A stretch of DNA of 62,915 nucleotides, counting the filler, from Conidiobolus incongruus B7586 (taxonomy: Eukaryota): NCBI GenBank assembly GCA_000697335.1. It is 8 parts of 8 records of this genome, joined end to end, with 100 filler letters (N's around TTAATTAATTAA, not from the genome) between each part and the next. Parts side by side here need not be neighbours in the genome. Positions count along the whole stretch, not along the records: positions 39,804 to 55,303 come from JNEM01000091.1; 7 more parts are not named here. One strand, 5' to 3'. Numbering within the stretch: position 1 is the stretch's first letter; each line of letters begins with the position of its first letter. Under the pieces are notes generated by a model. It was not told the origin of the DNA. It worked only from the letters and a program-made list of their open reading frames with translations, and searched no databases. Position numbers and translations under genes: made by a program. Below are positions 39,804 to 53,642 of this stretch, in pieces.

Positions 39804-42730
39804 AATTACTTTTAAATATATTATTTATCAATTATAAAGAGGAAAAATTAGTTATTTTAACTTGATATTTTTATATAAAGTTTAATAAAAAATTATATAA
39901 AAGAATTTATAAATTATTAATAATAATTCTTTATTTTATAGCCTTAGTTATTCGTTATATCATAGTTAATATAATTTTACCTTAGTTACTTTGGTTTTTT
40001 AAACTATTATTAAGCTATAAGATAATTTTTTTATATTTATGTTTATTATATTAAGTTGAAATTTTAATATATTTAATATGCTTATATAAAAAATCTAAAA
40101 ATACTAATTATTAAATAATTCGGGTATATTAATAATTATTAAAATTTTATTTTAAATTAATTTTCTTTATTTTAATAAGCTTTAGATTATTTTTATTTAA
40201 GTTTTAAAATATTTTACCTAGTAATAAATAATTGATTTAGATTAAATATCATTTTTAAAAGATATATATAGATTTTAAATAATTTAAAAAATACTTAAGT
40301 TCCAAATATATAAAAATAAAGAGTTTTTGGTTATTATTATAGGGCTTAAGTATAATAGAATTATATAATAAACTTTTTAAAATTAGTTTTATATTCAAAA
40401 ATATTTATATATATTAAAATAGCTGATTTTTTTATTTAAATATATATATATTTAATTTAAACTAATAATTTATTTAAAAAATTAGATATTTAATAGTAAT
40501 TATTTTTTTTAATTTTGTAAGAATAATTTATTATTGGTATATTAATAAGCAATTTTATTTTTATACTTTGGTAAATAATATTTTTTTATAATCTTCCAAT
40601 TATATTCTAAATAGCAATTAATTACGTATTAAGAGCATAAATATATATATTAAAATATTTAATTATTATGAATTATAATAAAATCAAAACAAATACAAAC
40701 TTTAAATAATTTAAATTAAATAAAATGATTTAGTCTTATTATTAATAATATAAAACTAAAAACTTTAAAATATTAGAATATATATTTTTCCAATTTTATT
40801 AAGATAATATAAGATATGATTTAATGACTATTTTAATATTATTTAAAAATATATAATTTTATGTTATATAGTTAAATATTTGATTCTGAGCTATTACCCT
40901 ATTAAATTATTATTCAAGTTTTTTTCAATTTTATATATTCAAAATCAATGGAAGTATTTTAGAATTAAAAAATATAATCTTTTTGACAATATTATTGATA
41001 CTGGTGTGACTGTTTTAGTTATTTTTATTAATTACATTATTAAATTGGTTATTTATAAAATTATAATTCAAAACATTAATCCAATTAATATAATATTCAA
41101 AAGCAATTTATTTAAACTATGGAAATTAAAATCAAATATATTTTCTTTGGTTATGATGACGATATTTTAGAAAAGTTATTTTTTAAACAGTATACACTAT
41201 GTTTTATAGAGGTGTTATGATTTTAAATGTTATTCGGCTTATGATATATTTATACTCTAATAGAGTTTTAATATAGTAAATTTAATTATGTAATTACAAT
41301 TATTTTAATTAGATTCAAAAATTGATCATAGATGAATTCTTGTTTAATCATTATTATACTAATGAATACAATTACAATTGATTCAAATCATTAAATCTAT
41401 TTTATCCATTGTCATAAATTAAATATATACTAAACCTGTATATTTTCTAATCACACTATATTTAAGTCAACGTAATCTTAAAAATAAATCATTCTACTTA
41501 GACTTGATGCAATGACTATACTATTTTATTTGATCTATAAATAAATGAGTATAGTCAAAAACAACAATGATATAAAATCGGCAAAAATTCAATATAAAAA
41601 TTACTAATTTAATCAACTTTTATAGGATATTAATTATTATATTGAAACAGGTACTAATGATTTTAAATTAAACGGATTTGATAAACCATTTTGGAAAATG
41701 GAGTCGATTTCGCCGATTAAGATCTTATTTTCCAAATTTGTATTTAAATATTAATAAATTTAATTGGTCTGAATATTTGATCAATTTGACAGTGCTCAAA
41801 ATTCGAAAATTGGGGCGGAGTGCGAAATTTAGTGAGTGATATGAAAATGAAAAAAGTCGAATTACTGGATAAATGTTAAATATACAAATAATGAGATAAT
41901 TTACCACTACACAACATTTTGTAAAGCCAATGATAAAAATAAATATAATAAGAATTAATAACAAATGATGCACATTGTTAAGTAATGCGCCACTAAGAAT
42001 CGGATATACTGTTATCGATAAAATGCTTTAAAAGACTTAAAATACATTATTTTTGTTTTAAGTAAAACACCAATCAAAATCGGCCCTTATCTTATTTTAT
42101 TAAAGGCTTGATCATAATAATCTATGCTTTACTGTAATGTTCTAACTCTTCCTTTCAAAAATAAGGTGATTGAAATTCCTCAAAAAAGATTTTTTAAAGT
42201 TTTTAGAATGAAATATTTTGAAACATCCAAAACTTTGATATGCACACTGTAGATATTTTCTAAATATTATATATAATTAAAATTTGTTGAAAAAGTGCCT
42301 AATAATTTATATTAATAGCATCATCTTATACTTCAAAAAACAATTTTTATACCAAAACTGTGGAGATACTAGAATTGGTTTAATTTGAAATCCCATTAAC
42401 CTCTATCTAATTAAAAATAATTAATCAGCAATAATTAAGTAAACAATAATATATGTTTTTGATTGGCTGAATATTTAAAATAAGTCAGAAAAATTCTAAT
42501 CCGTATAAATTCCGGTTCTAAATCAAGTTTCAAAATGATTATATAAACAAAGGTAGTCGCTTGAAGGCACTGATTCATTTTTTTTTTCAAATTAAGGGAA
42601 AACTAATAATCAGTTAATTTGAAGCATCTTATAAGATAAATAATATTATCAGTTTGGAATATGTTATTATAAATATTTTGGTCTAATTACAATTAATAAA
42701 TAAGTATAATTTAACTTGGTTATTGTAAAT

Positions 42731-43507
42731 ATGAGATCTCAACAGTGGTTCGATGATGAAATTCTGAGTATTTCTAGAAATATTAATATTGTTGAAAATG
42801 ATTTGGTTGAAGTATCTGGAATTATAGAAACATTATCAGAAAAAGAATATAACAACACTTTAACAGAGAGGGAAGCGGTGAAACTTCAACACCTTAGAGA
42901 AGAAAAACGTCAGTTACAAGAGAAGTGTTCACAGCTTGGAGAAGAGAAACTCCTTCTTTTAAGGCAGTTGGACCAATTTCAAGCTTCAGAATTAGGTGGT
43001 GGAGGTAGCGGGACTGCAAGTATTGATGAATCCATAGAATTGACTCTACCATCTTCTGCACGAGATGGAGAGCCAAAAGCTGGTTATCCTACTCAATCCT
43101 ATCACTCAAGGATAGTTAGCTCCCGGGGATCAGATTTAGAAACCAACAACCCACACTGGGATTATTATGAAACAGTTTCTCTCATACGGGAATATGGCCA
43201 GCTGATAGACAACTTCAAAAAGAGTCACCGAAACCAGAGTCTGTGGGAGCATGTTTCGCGTGAACTGCGAGAAAAAGGGGTTTACAGAGATTGGAAGCAA
43301 TGCAAAAATCGTTGGAAGCTAATTTTAGACAAATTTTTTGAAGATAGCAGAAATCCTTACTCCACAACAGATGAGGAGCGACATACTTGTGAGTTTTTTG
43401 ATGAGTTGGATCACTTGTTTAAGACCTACGGGGAGTACCCAACGTCTTCCCATGGGTCACGACCCGATATAGGGACTTCCGGAAAAGCCCCAAGAGAAGA
43501 AGAATAA
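42731..43507 (+). CDS. Coiled-coil + Myb/SANT-like (trihelix, MSANTD-type) DNA-binding protein, ~258 aa, single exon
   Basis: ATG at 42731. WDYYETVSLI...LWEHVSRELREKGVYRDWKQCKNRWKLI...CEFFDELDHLF is the trihelix W..W..QC..W pattern; N-terminal heptad-rich LQHLREEKRQLQEKCSQLGEEKLLLLRQL. Confidence 0.85.
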   Translation: MRSQQWFDDEILSISRNINIVENDLVEVSGIIETLSEKEYNNTLTEREAVKLQHLREEKRQLQEKCSQLGEEKLLLLRQLDQFQASELGGGGSGTASIDESIELTLPSSARDGEPKAGYPTQSYHSRIVSSRGSDLETNNPHWDYYETVSLIREYGQLIDNFKKSHRNQSLWEHVSRELREKGVYRDWKQCKNRWKLILDKFFEDSRNPYSTTDEERHTCEFFDELDHLFKTYGEYPTSSHGSRPDIGTSGKAPREEE

Positions 43508-46500
43508 TTTTATTTTTTTGATGTATATATTGATTATGATTGATTAGTTAATGAGTGCTATTGAAACATGTTCAAGTACTCCACGTTTTTCTGTAACATT
43601 AATATTTTTTAGAATAAATATTTTGTAATTAACCCTTTTACTCAGATCCAGTATTATCCCAACTCATGGGTTTGTATAAATTAATATCCTGTTTCCATAA
43701 ACAATAAGATTTGGTCATTCTCTCATATCTTATAGGATATCCATATATTATTGTAATCTCACGTGGAATACTACTTATCATCACTCAATATGAACAATAT
43801 CAAATATGAATTAATGCAAGTTGGCTAATTAAAAACTTAGAAATTTTTATACGAATCTGGCTATTTGATACAGTTCATATTTTCAAATATTTGATTATAT
43901 ATCTTTATTTTGACAGTTGAATTTTGTTATGGAAATTTGAAATGTATCAGATAAATTTCATCTATTTAATTAACATAGTTACTTTGTACTTAAATATAAG
44001 TACTTTAATATTGATAAAATGTGAGAAATTAGTTATCCAACATTAAGTCTTGTATTGATTCCAATTTTAATCTCCATATAGATGCACTCAGAAAACTCAA
44101 GGAATTTACCACTATGCTCAAAATAAAGCTATGTCATTAATATTAAATTTGAAATATTTCTTTATTATGCAAAATGAATAAAGAATGTTAAAAGTTATTA
44201 AATATCTTAATTATAATTATAAAATCTCATAGTCTGTAGTAATTATATCAAATATCAAATATTTTGTTGAGAATATATTTTCCCAATTTTCCAATTGTTT
44301 TTTGAATCAATTTTGAGAAAATGAATTAGTCAAGGTCTATAAATATTCTTCAAGATAGAATGGATCCACATATATTATATTAAATATATTAATGACAAAA
44401 AAATGATTATTAACAAAATCAATGATCATTAGAAAAATTAATGCTTGAAACTTGATATATTTAATATATATATATGCCTAATTTTTTAATTTATAATGTT
44501 TATTAGTTTAAAGGAAATTTATTATTACTATAATTAATAGTAAAAATTTCTTGACTTAATATCTTTTTAAAAGCCCCAAAGTGAAGTATTTTGTGTATTA
44601 ATATTTTGATAGGAGTTATATGAAATTTATATATAGAAATATATAGTTTAGGCCATATATTCGAGCTTTATATTATCAGGATTTTGTTCTTTACAATATA
44701 TAATGAAGTATATTTAAATCAAAAATTGATTTGATATATTCCAAATGGCAAAATTATTTCATATATCTATAACCAATAAATGCCAAAAAATATATATAAT
44801 CTTTTAATTTTATAAATATTTGATATAGTTGATTTAGTTGTAAATTGAAAGTTATAAATCTAAATTAAATAATATTAATACCAAATTAATAAAAATTTAT
44901 TAATTATTTAAGATATTATAATGGACAAATTGATATTATGTTATAATCTTTTAAATATTATCTGGAATTAGATTCATATCTCAAATCAATTATTTCATTA
45001 AATTATTTTACCAATTAACTAATTTGTTTTTCTCAAGTTTTTTACATTTATCAAGTATGCAACCAAATGAGAAAAACTTCTGTATAACATCACTATAATA
45101 TAATTATAAGTTTTTAAAAAAGTTTAAGAATTATAAATTATTATATTACTATGAATTTTGTGAATAGTTAGTTTTCAGTATTTCTTTGAATCCTTTATAT
45201 ATCCAATCATATCACTTGACAGCTCTTTATGAATAATTAAGAATATATGTTGATATAACGAAATCTAAAAGATTATTGGTTTAGATGTTAAAAATGTAAA
45301 ATAGTTAATTCCTTAGTCAAAATATATTTAATATATTGATTAAAAATTATTATTTGAATAATACTGGATTCACTATATAAAATTTCTATACGATTTTATT
45401 GTTATCATTAAATTTTGAAAATGAATAATCTGAATGTATATTTCAAATGATAAAATTCTTAAGTGAGCCTAATTTGAAGTTACATACTTAATTTAGTAAT
45501 ATTCGAAGAAAGTTCTTTTTACCCTTTGTGTTGCTTGTGGCTCTAAAAATTCATGATGTAAGTAGTACAACAATCAAAATATCAAATATTTATATCAATA
45601 ATATTCACATTATTTTTCTAATATTTGCCATTCAAAATGTAAACAAACAAAATTAATATATTACAACGTGATTGGTCCTTTGGACAAAATATCTTATGCA
45701 TCTTTAAATTAAAATAGTGTAAATCATTTCTTGATTAATTTCAATTTATTTCCAAAAAAATATTAAAATTTTTAATGTTGTAAAAGTAGGATAAACAGAG
45801 AAAATAATTATTAAATGTTACCCTTATATAATTCTTGTATATTTCAACATTGAAAAAAATAAATTCATATTGTAATAGTATTCAAAATATTAATTTGGCA
45901 AAATTGTCAATTTTGGTATATCATCATTGTCAATTTAAAAGATCAATATCAGCCTTATTTCTTAAATATCAAATATTACTAAACGGTATAATAGAGTTTG
46001 GCTATATCCATTTTATAATCGGATTTCAAATTTTATTTTAAAAAAGATAATAACAATAACTATATTTGAAATTCTTTTACATTTTTATTTTCACTATTAA
46101 TCATAGTTCATATAAAAATAAAAAGCTATTCAAAACATCTAAAAAATTAATATACATATTGATATATAATAGCATCTTAAGAAATTTATTTAAATAACAA
46201 AACCAATACAAAAATCATGGTCATAAATATGAAAAAGATGGAAATTCAGTCGGGAGATTATATGTTTATAATATTATAATGCCATAATAATGTATGTTTA
46301 CACAAATAATTTGAAAATTTATACATGAAATTTTATATCAATCTAATGAATGATGTGAGCTAATTGAAGATCAGTTTTTGATTGTAATAATAAGTTTTAA
46401 TTTTGAGTTAAGCCAATTAACAAATAGATTTTAGTAAAACTTCTAAGTTAATACAATTCAGCATTTAATATATTTTTAATGATCATAAGGAAATTCTAGT

Positions 46501-49407
46501 ATATAATTTTAATATTAGAAATCGAAAATGTCTATACGAATATATATCCGATTATATTCAATAAAACTTTATATCGAACTTTAAAAATCAAATATAATTA
46601 TTTTTGTATCTTTAATGGCAATCACTTTATCATATATTAAATTGGTTAATTAAACTAATTAAGCAATTCTCAAGCTAAATATACAACCTTTAAATTTGAT
46701 AATAGATTTTCAATATCGACTAATATTCAATATATATATATAGCAATAATGTATATAGTTATGTAAACTTAATATATTCAATATAAGAACATAAGCATTT
46801 GGAAATTTATACAATATATTAATAAAAAATTATATATTAATATCATTTAATTAATATACATATAAATTAGTATTTCAATCTTCCATTAAATAGTTATCCT
46901 TTTAGGTAAAGTATTTGGATATTTGATGTAAATTACTTTAATAATACAGTTGGTAATTAAATAATATTATATTTTTAAATTAATTTTAAATATAAAATAT
47001 AATATATTGCAAGGCTTCTGGAAAGTAGTCTTGCAATAAAGATCACATGAATTCGATGTAACAGGCCAAAGATGACAAACGAGATACTTTAGAGGGGTTT
47101 TATTAAAATAATAAGATGTAGTGCTTAACCTTGACCAAAGTGATTGTCCAGCAAATGTCTGTCCAGTGACTATTTTATAGTATGAGTGGTCCTTTGCCAA
47201 TGTGCTGAAGTTCTAACTTCTGTTATAGTCTGGAATTTTCCATTGTGCAAGGATTGTTCCTGATATTTGTAAGTGGATTACATCTGGAATCTTGACAGAT
47301 GGTTAAAGCTAAAAGGTGAGCATACCTCTTGATCCGCGATAATATATATATATATATATAAATTATTAAATTAATGCTCTTATTTATTATTAATAACTTC
47401 TTGCTATATCTTTGGTAAGTTCCCAATACCTAAAAAACAACCTTTTTAAGTCTATAATTTAATATTTTATAACTATATTAAAATATTTTTGAAAATTTAC
47501 TTTCCTGTAAGCTTATTTTTTAATTATCTAATGCAATTATATTCAAATAGTTTATAATCTGGTGAATATAATAGATATGGTAGCCTTTGTCAGTTGTTTT
47601 ATTCCAAAAAGTTTAAAATTTAATATTTTTATAAGTTATAATTATTTTATAAAATATTATATTTAAATTTTATTAAAAATTATTAAAATATATTATTTGA
47701 ACAAAAAATAAATAGATTATAAATAGCTTTGAAACCTTTAGCAACTAAATAAAAAACTCTTATAACATTATAATTCATTATAACATTTATTTATTTTTGA
47801 TAAATAAAATGCTTTTTATATGAATTTATTAAAAAGATTGATTTAATTTAATTTAATATTTTGAATTATATTTTAACATAGAAAAAAAAAGGATATAAAA
47901 TTGATGAATTGATATTGTAAAATATAAAACCTAAGTTTTAGTTATATTTTGATAAGATTTTTATATCTACCTTAGATCTTTTCAGGGTTTGGGTTAAAAA
48001 GCCTTTTATTTTATAGTTTATTTAATTAATCTAAACTTAAATTTCAATATATATAATATATTTATTTAATTATTATTAAAATACTTATTGATTTTCTTAA
48101 TGAAATAAAAGTATGTCTTTGAATATAATTTTTTGCTTTTTTAATATCTAAAAAATGATAATAAAAATTATTTTACCTAATTTTAACATATTTTAGATAG
48201 TTTATCTTCCAGCTCTAAAGTCATAAATCTACCAATAAACTTTAGTTATAGATAAAAAATTATCTTTATTCGATTTTTGTAAATTTTAAATAATTTTAGA
48301 AAGTTTGTGGTTGAGTTTTAATAATACCCATATAAAAGACTTTTGATAATCATTCCTTGATTTAATTTTCTATGAATTAAACATTAAATTTTTAAATCAA
48401 AAAATAACAATAATAAATAAAGATAGATATATATGTTTTTTTATTCTATATATTTATTTACTAATTAATTTTATTTATAATTTGATCTTCAAGGCTTTTG
48501 ATATATTTGAAAAATCAGAAATTAAAAAGTGCCATCTTTTATTTACCAACCCTATAACTTCTAGAAATAAATTGAGTATTTTAAGATATTATTATCTATA
48601 TTATATATTTATAATATAGTAAAATTCTAAGTAAAAAATAGTTTTAAGACCTAAAATTAAAACTATTCCAAAGAATAAAAATGTTTTGATAATAATTTAT
48701 TAATATTTTTCGAATATAACGCAAAATAAACTTTAGATAAGAATATCATATTCTGTCAATTAATTTGAAATAGATTAATTGACTAAAAATATATTACTCA
48801 AATATATTAACTTTAATTTCCCTTTATTTTAGATTAAAATTCTATAATATTAATGTGTTGAAATATAGCAATTAATGTTATACAATCAAATATTAATTAT
48901 ACAAATTTCAAATAAAAAAGTAATTAAATACTATAAAATTATCATATATAATCAATATAATATTTAAATTTTATTAAATTTTACCATAAATACAAGCTAA
49001 ATTTAGTCAGCTCTTTTAATATTATATCTATATATTACATTTATAATTTCAATTCTACCTAATCTATTTAAAACCAATAATTAGTTATAGTGAATACATA
49101 TTAGTATTCAACCTTATATATCCTTGAAGTTAATATTTCATATGAAAAAGAATTGAATAATGCTCAAATAAATATTTTTAAAATATAGATTTTTATATAA
49201 GCTATATGTTATGATTAATGAAGGTTATAAAACAGCCTTGTATAGTGCCTTGTATTTATATTTTGATAAATTGAGCCGTTATATCGAATTGAAATAAAAA
49301 AAATAGAAGAATTCAATAATTATAAGCTTCAAATATTCAATATAAAATTATCAAATATAATCAAGTTTTCTTTAATTATTTTTATAATCAATATTCTTTC
49401 AATTAAT

Positions 49408-49776
49408 ATGGTTAAAATAATTATCATGATGAATTTAACTTCATATACCTGTCAATTGGATATAGCACCACAAAGTTGGATCCTTGGTAGCCCTTAGAGC
49501 ACTGCCATCATCATTTCAAACAACATTGGCGTTGGTACTTCCGTTCTTGGCGGTGCTCAATTTGGAAACATCTTGGTTGATGCCGGATTCAGAGGATTGG
49601 AACCTGTGAGTGCTGATACCTCAATTGGTGCCAATATCAGTGATGACAGTGGTAGCAGCAAAGGCCCTGAAAATGTTCAAAAACTCCTAGCGTTTGTGGA
49701 ATATTCTCTCAATATTGATGAAACGGTACCAGAGCTTGTTGAAAATTTAACAGATATCGGTCCCGGCGAAATTTAA
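49408..49776 (+). pseudogene. Probable decayed paralog of the Gly-rich secreted protein at 52845
   Basis: Frame open from ATG 49408 to TAA 49776 except TAG at 49495-49497. GSP*STA parallels ASPQSVA; VLGGAQFG, AGFRG and SGSSKGPENV...SLNIDE loosely parallel SGRFGGPGTI...FLDIDG. Confidence 0.4.
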
Positions 49777-52700
49777 TTTGGAATAAATCTAGTAGATTTA
49801 ATTATTTGGATTGCTAATGATTTTAAAAATAATCAATACAGAGGCTATATCTTCATTTCGGAGTGTGATAATAAATTAATTTATCATTTAAATTTGCAAA
49901 TTACAAGTAAATTGTTTTAATATCATATGTGAAATTATCGGTATAAAAACAAAAATCCTTTTAGTGATTTTTCTAATATATATTTTACTATATCCAATGT
50001 ATTTAAAGTTAACATAATTTGTATTCTGAATCATTTACCATTGTTAACAATAAATAACATTTTACACAATACTTTGGGATATTGGCATAGTTATTGGGTG
50101 ATTTTATTTAAAATATTGAATATTATATATTATGGTTAGTAGTTGAAGATAACAAAAACCATATGAATTATAATTAGTAATGATAAATATTACAATTGTA
50201 TTTTAAACTTAACTACAATGACCTCAACCATGATTATTAACTATAAAAAATTTAAAATATTTTATAATAGATTGATACAAAATGATCCAATATTGTATTT
50301 ATTCATATTATTAAAAACTCGAATTCAATTTCTCTAATTTAAAAAATGTTAATTACCCAATATAAATAAATAATGATTTAAGAATTACTTTGAATGTTTT
50401 GATATAAAATATGAATGTTACAAAGAATATGAAATAATATCTGGATATAAATTAAGCTTTAAGAATTCACGTTTCCATTTAATAGGTAAAATTAAGTATA
50501 CTATTTAGATATAAAATGATATTTTCAATCATTCTAACGGTTATTATCTAAAAATTATTATTGTCACTAATACAAAACCTAGAAATATGATTTTGGATGG
50601 CCAGAAAATATATAAATTATTATATACATGTATTATAGGCCCTTTAATATCTTCACTCATATTATTTATTTTCCTCCTATATCTTAAATCAGATGAAAAT
50701 TTTGATCATTTTTACTAATCACATTCTTTAAACATAATTGGTATATATATAGTTACTAAAATTTTGTGTTCAAGCTAATATAATATAGATTAAATAAGAA
50801 ATTTATATTTAGTTAATGATTATCATATTTCTGAATACATCGTGATGTTTCAAAATATAAGTTAATATTATATTTTAGTATACTGAGTTTAACAATATTA
50901 CTGTTAAATTTGATAATAAATTGAATTTTCAAATAATTAAATTCTGATATTATAAATCAATTTCATTGGATGATAGAACTAAAATATTTGGAGTTCAGGT
51001 TATTAATCAGGTTGATCTGTTGAAAATAATAGAGAGTGAACTACATTCTCAAAATTAATTCTAAAAAATATATTTGCTGTATATGTAATTTTTCAGCTTT
51101 AGTGTAACAATATATATATACATATATATATTTATGGATTATATAATTATAAAATATTTAATTCAACATTCTATAATTAAAATATATTTTAATATTATTA
51201 TAAATTATCAATTGGGAAAGATTAATCAACTACAAAGTTATATTTTTAAGTGTAAATATTAAAGTCTATATATTAACATTATATCTATAATAAAACCATT
51301 TATTATAATTATAGTCATAAAACTATTTTATGATTATTTACCCAAAATTACCAAAAAATAAAGTGGATCAAATATTTTGATATAATTATTTAATAAGAGT
51401 TATAATGAGATTAAATCTAAATAATTAATAATATTTTTAATTATAATAAATATTATATAAATAAGATTTTATATTGATATTAGAATTATACTGAATAATT
51501 TAATACATATTATGGGAAATATTTATGTATATCACTCAAGAAACCCCAGTTATCATATTAATACAAAAAGTCACATTAGAAGTATCTCATTTTATGAACT
51601 GGTTAAACTTATCATTTTCTGCTTATAAAGCATCCTTATTCACTAATATATGCAATTGAAATTAATATAATATTATTATAAGCAAACTAATAAACATATC
51701 TTTTTATTTTCATTTTCAAAAATATCCAATCTAAGTTTTTTTATAATACTTACAAAAATATCAAGTTATGATAAATATGAGATATTTACTTTATTTGCAA
51801 TAAGCTACTTTTATTTAATTTGGTGAACCTGTTTAATTTTCCTTAACTTTGTGGTAATCTATTGTTTACCACTGGTGATTCCCTGTTTAAGCTCTAAAAG
51901 TCTATTTCCTCCTATGCTTATGGTTGTCACTTGTAATTTATATACTGATTATTTATCAAATTTTAAAAAAAAATATTATAATTAAAATAACAGTAAAATT
52001 AATTCTAATGTTATTATATTTTATTTGTATAAATATTAAAAATTTTAAAATTTAATCTTTTATATAATTGGTATTCAATCATCAATATTAAATCATTAAC
52101 TCTATATATCTATCCTATTGATTTAAATGTATCTAAAGATCTACCATTTTCTATCATTATTTATTTGAATTTTATATCTTAACGTTACAATTGAATTCAA
52201 TTTAAATTATTACCAAACAGTATACTTCCAAAATTCTAAATTCACAAACTTATGACATTTAACTAAATAAACAAACTTATCATACCATAGAAAGTAAAAT
52301 TTTCAACGTTAACTCTAATATGGAACGAGATTTACCAACAGGAAAACTAATGACGATCCTAAATAGGATATAAATTACCAAATTGGAACGGATTCAACAT
52401 GAGGGATTAGGCACTGATGGTTGTCGTTTTAGGCAATTTACCACTATATCAATTCAAGATGACATTGTTTTATATTTGGAATATAATTAAAATTTCAAAT
52501 ATATTCAAACTTTAATTCTAAATTTCTTTTTAAAATCTGAATAATATATTAAAATTAAAAATTATTTCATTTATGTAGCTTAATATAAATATTGATTACT
52601 GTTTGATTGAAATTTTTTCGAAAATCTCAAATTGAAATGATTGAAAATGGATTGTCCAAATCTGTGGAGGAATCAGCACATGTAGAGCAAGCCCAAAAAT

Positions 52701-52844
52701 TCTCACCCCAATCCCAAATCTATCATTGTCTAGGAATTCGTTTTAAGATAATCCTAGAAAGTTAGTATAAAACGGATATCTATTACATAGTTCAAAGAAT
52801 AAAATTAAGTTTTACAAATTCATTTTTAATACAGTTTAATAAAT

Positions 52845-53642
52845 ATGACTCCATTGATTAGTATGTTATTTGCAGCTTGCATCAGTATAGCTGTGGCATC
52901 GCCCCAGAGTGTGGCAGAGGTTAATGCTCTGAATAGGAATAGGGTTCCTCCCAGCGATGGTGCAGTTAATGTTAATGCTTTGAATAGTGGTTTGGGTGGA
53001 TCTGGGTCTCCAAGTGGTTCTAGAGATAACGGTGCAGTTAATGTTAATGTTTTGAACGGTGGTTTGGGTGCAGCTGGGCCTCCAAGAGGTCCTGGATTCA
53101 ATGCTCCTAGAAGCAACGGTGTAGTTGATGTTAATGCGTTGGACAGTGGTTTGGGTGGAGCCGGGTTTCCAGGAGGTTCTGGATCCAATAGTATTCGAGC
53201 CGCTGGATTCAATAATGTTGGAGGACCGTTGGGCCAGGGCGGGCTGGGAGAATTAATCGACGATTTGCTTAGTACTGGCAACGGTCGCGGATTCAATGGT
53301 GTCGGAGGTCCTGGATTCAACAGGGTTAGAGGACCGTGGGGCCAGAATGGGCTCGACGAAATAGTTGATGATATTGCTGGCAATGGCAACGGTCGCGGAT
53401 TCAATCGAGTTTGCAATGAAGGCTTAGTTCCCAGGCTCCTTAATGGCTTGATTGGTGGTTCTAGTTGCTCAGGTGGCTCTGGTAGATTTGGTGGACCTGG
53501 AACAATCCCAGGATTGGAGAATAGTTTCTTGGATATCGATGGTGGTACAGGTCCATTTGGAGTAGGTGATGAACTAGCATTTGAGCATGAAGCCAAGGAT
53601 GATCTTACAGGTCATCACCATAGTGGTGATTTTGCCTACTAA
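52845..53642 (+). CDS. Secreted Gly/Asn-rich low-complexity repeat protein, 265 aa
   Basis: GC-rich ORF with signal-peptide-like MTPLISMLFAACISIAVA-SPQ. Three GxVxVNxLxxGLGxxGxPxG repeats, several GFNxVxGP and two GQxGLxExxDD repeats. TATAAA at ~52766. Confidence 0.85.
   Translation: MTPLISMLFAACISIAVASPQSVAEVNALNRNRVPPSDGAVNVNALNSGLGGSGSPSGSRDNGAVNVNVLNGGLGAAGPPRGPGFNAPRSNGVVDVNALDSGLGGAGFPGGSGSNSIRAAGFNNVGGPLGQGGLGELIDDLLSTGNGRGFNGVGGPGFNRVRGPWGQNGLDEIVDDIAGNGNGRGFNRVCNEGLVPRLLNGLIGGSSCSGGSGRFGGPGTIPGLENSFLDIDGGTGPFGVGDELAFEHEAKDDLTGHHHSGDFAY

Noticed and set aside
52826..53596. 256-aa Pro-rich minus-strand ORF
   Set aside because: Antisense shadow of Gly codons (GGN to NCC); the + strand has the signal peptide, ATG and TATA box.
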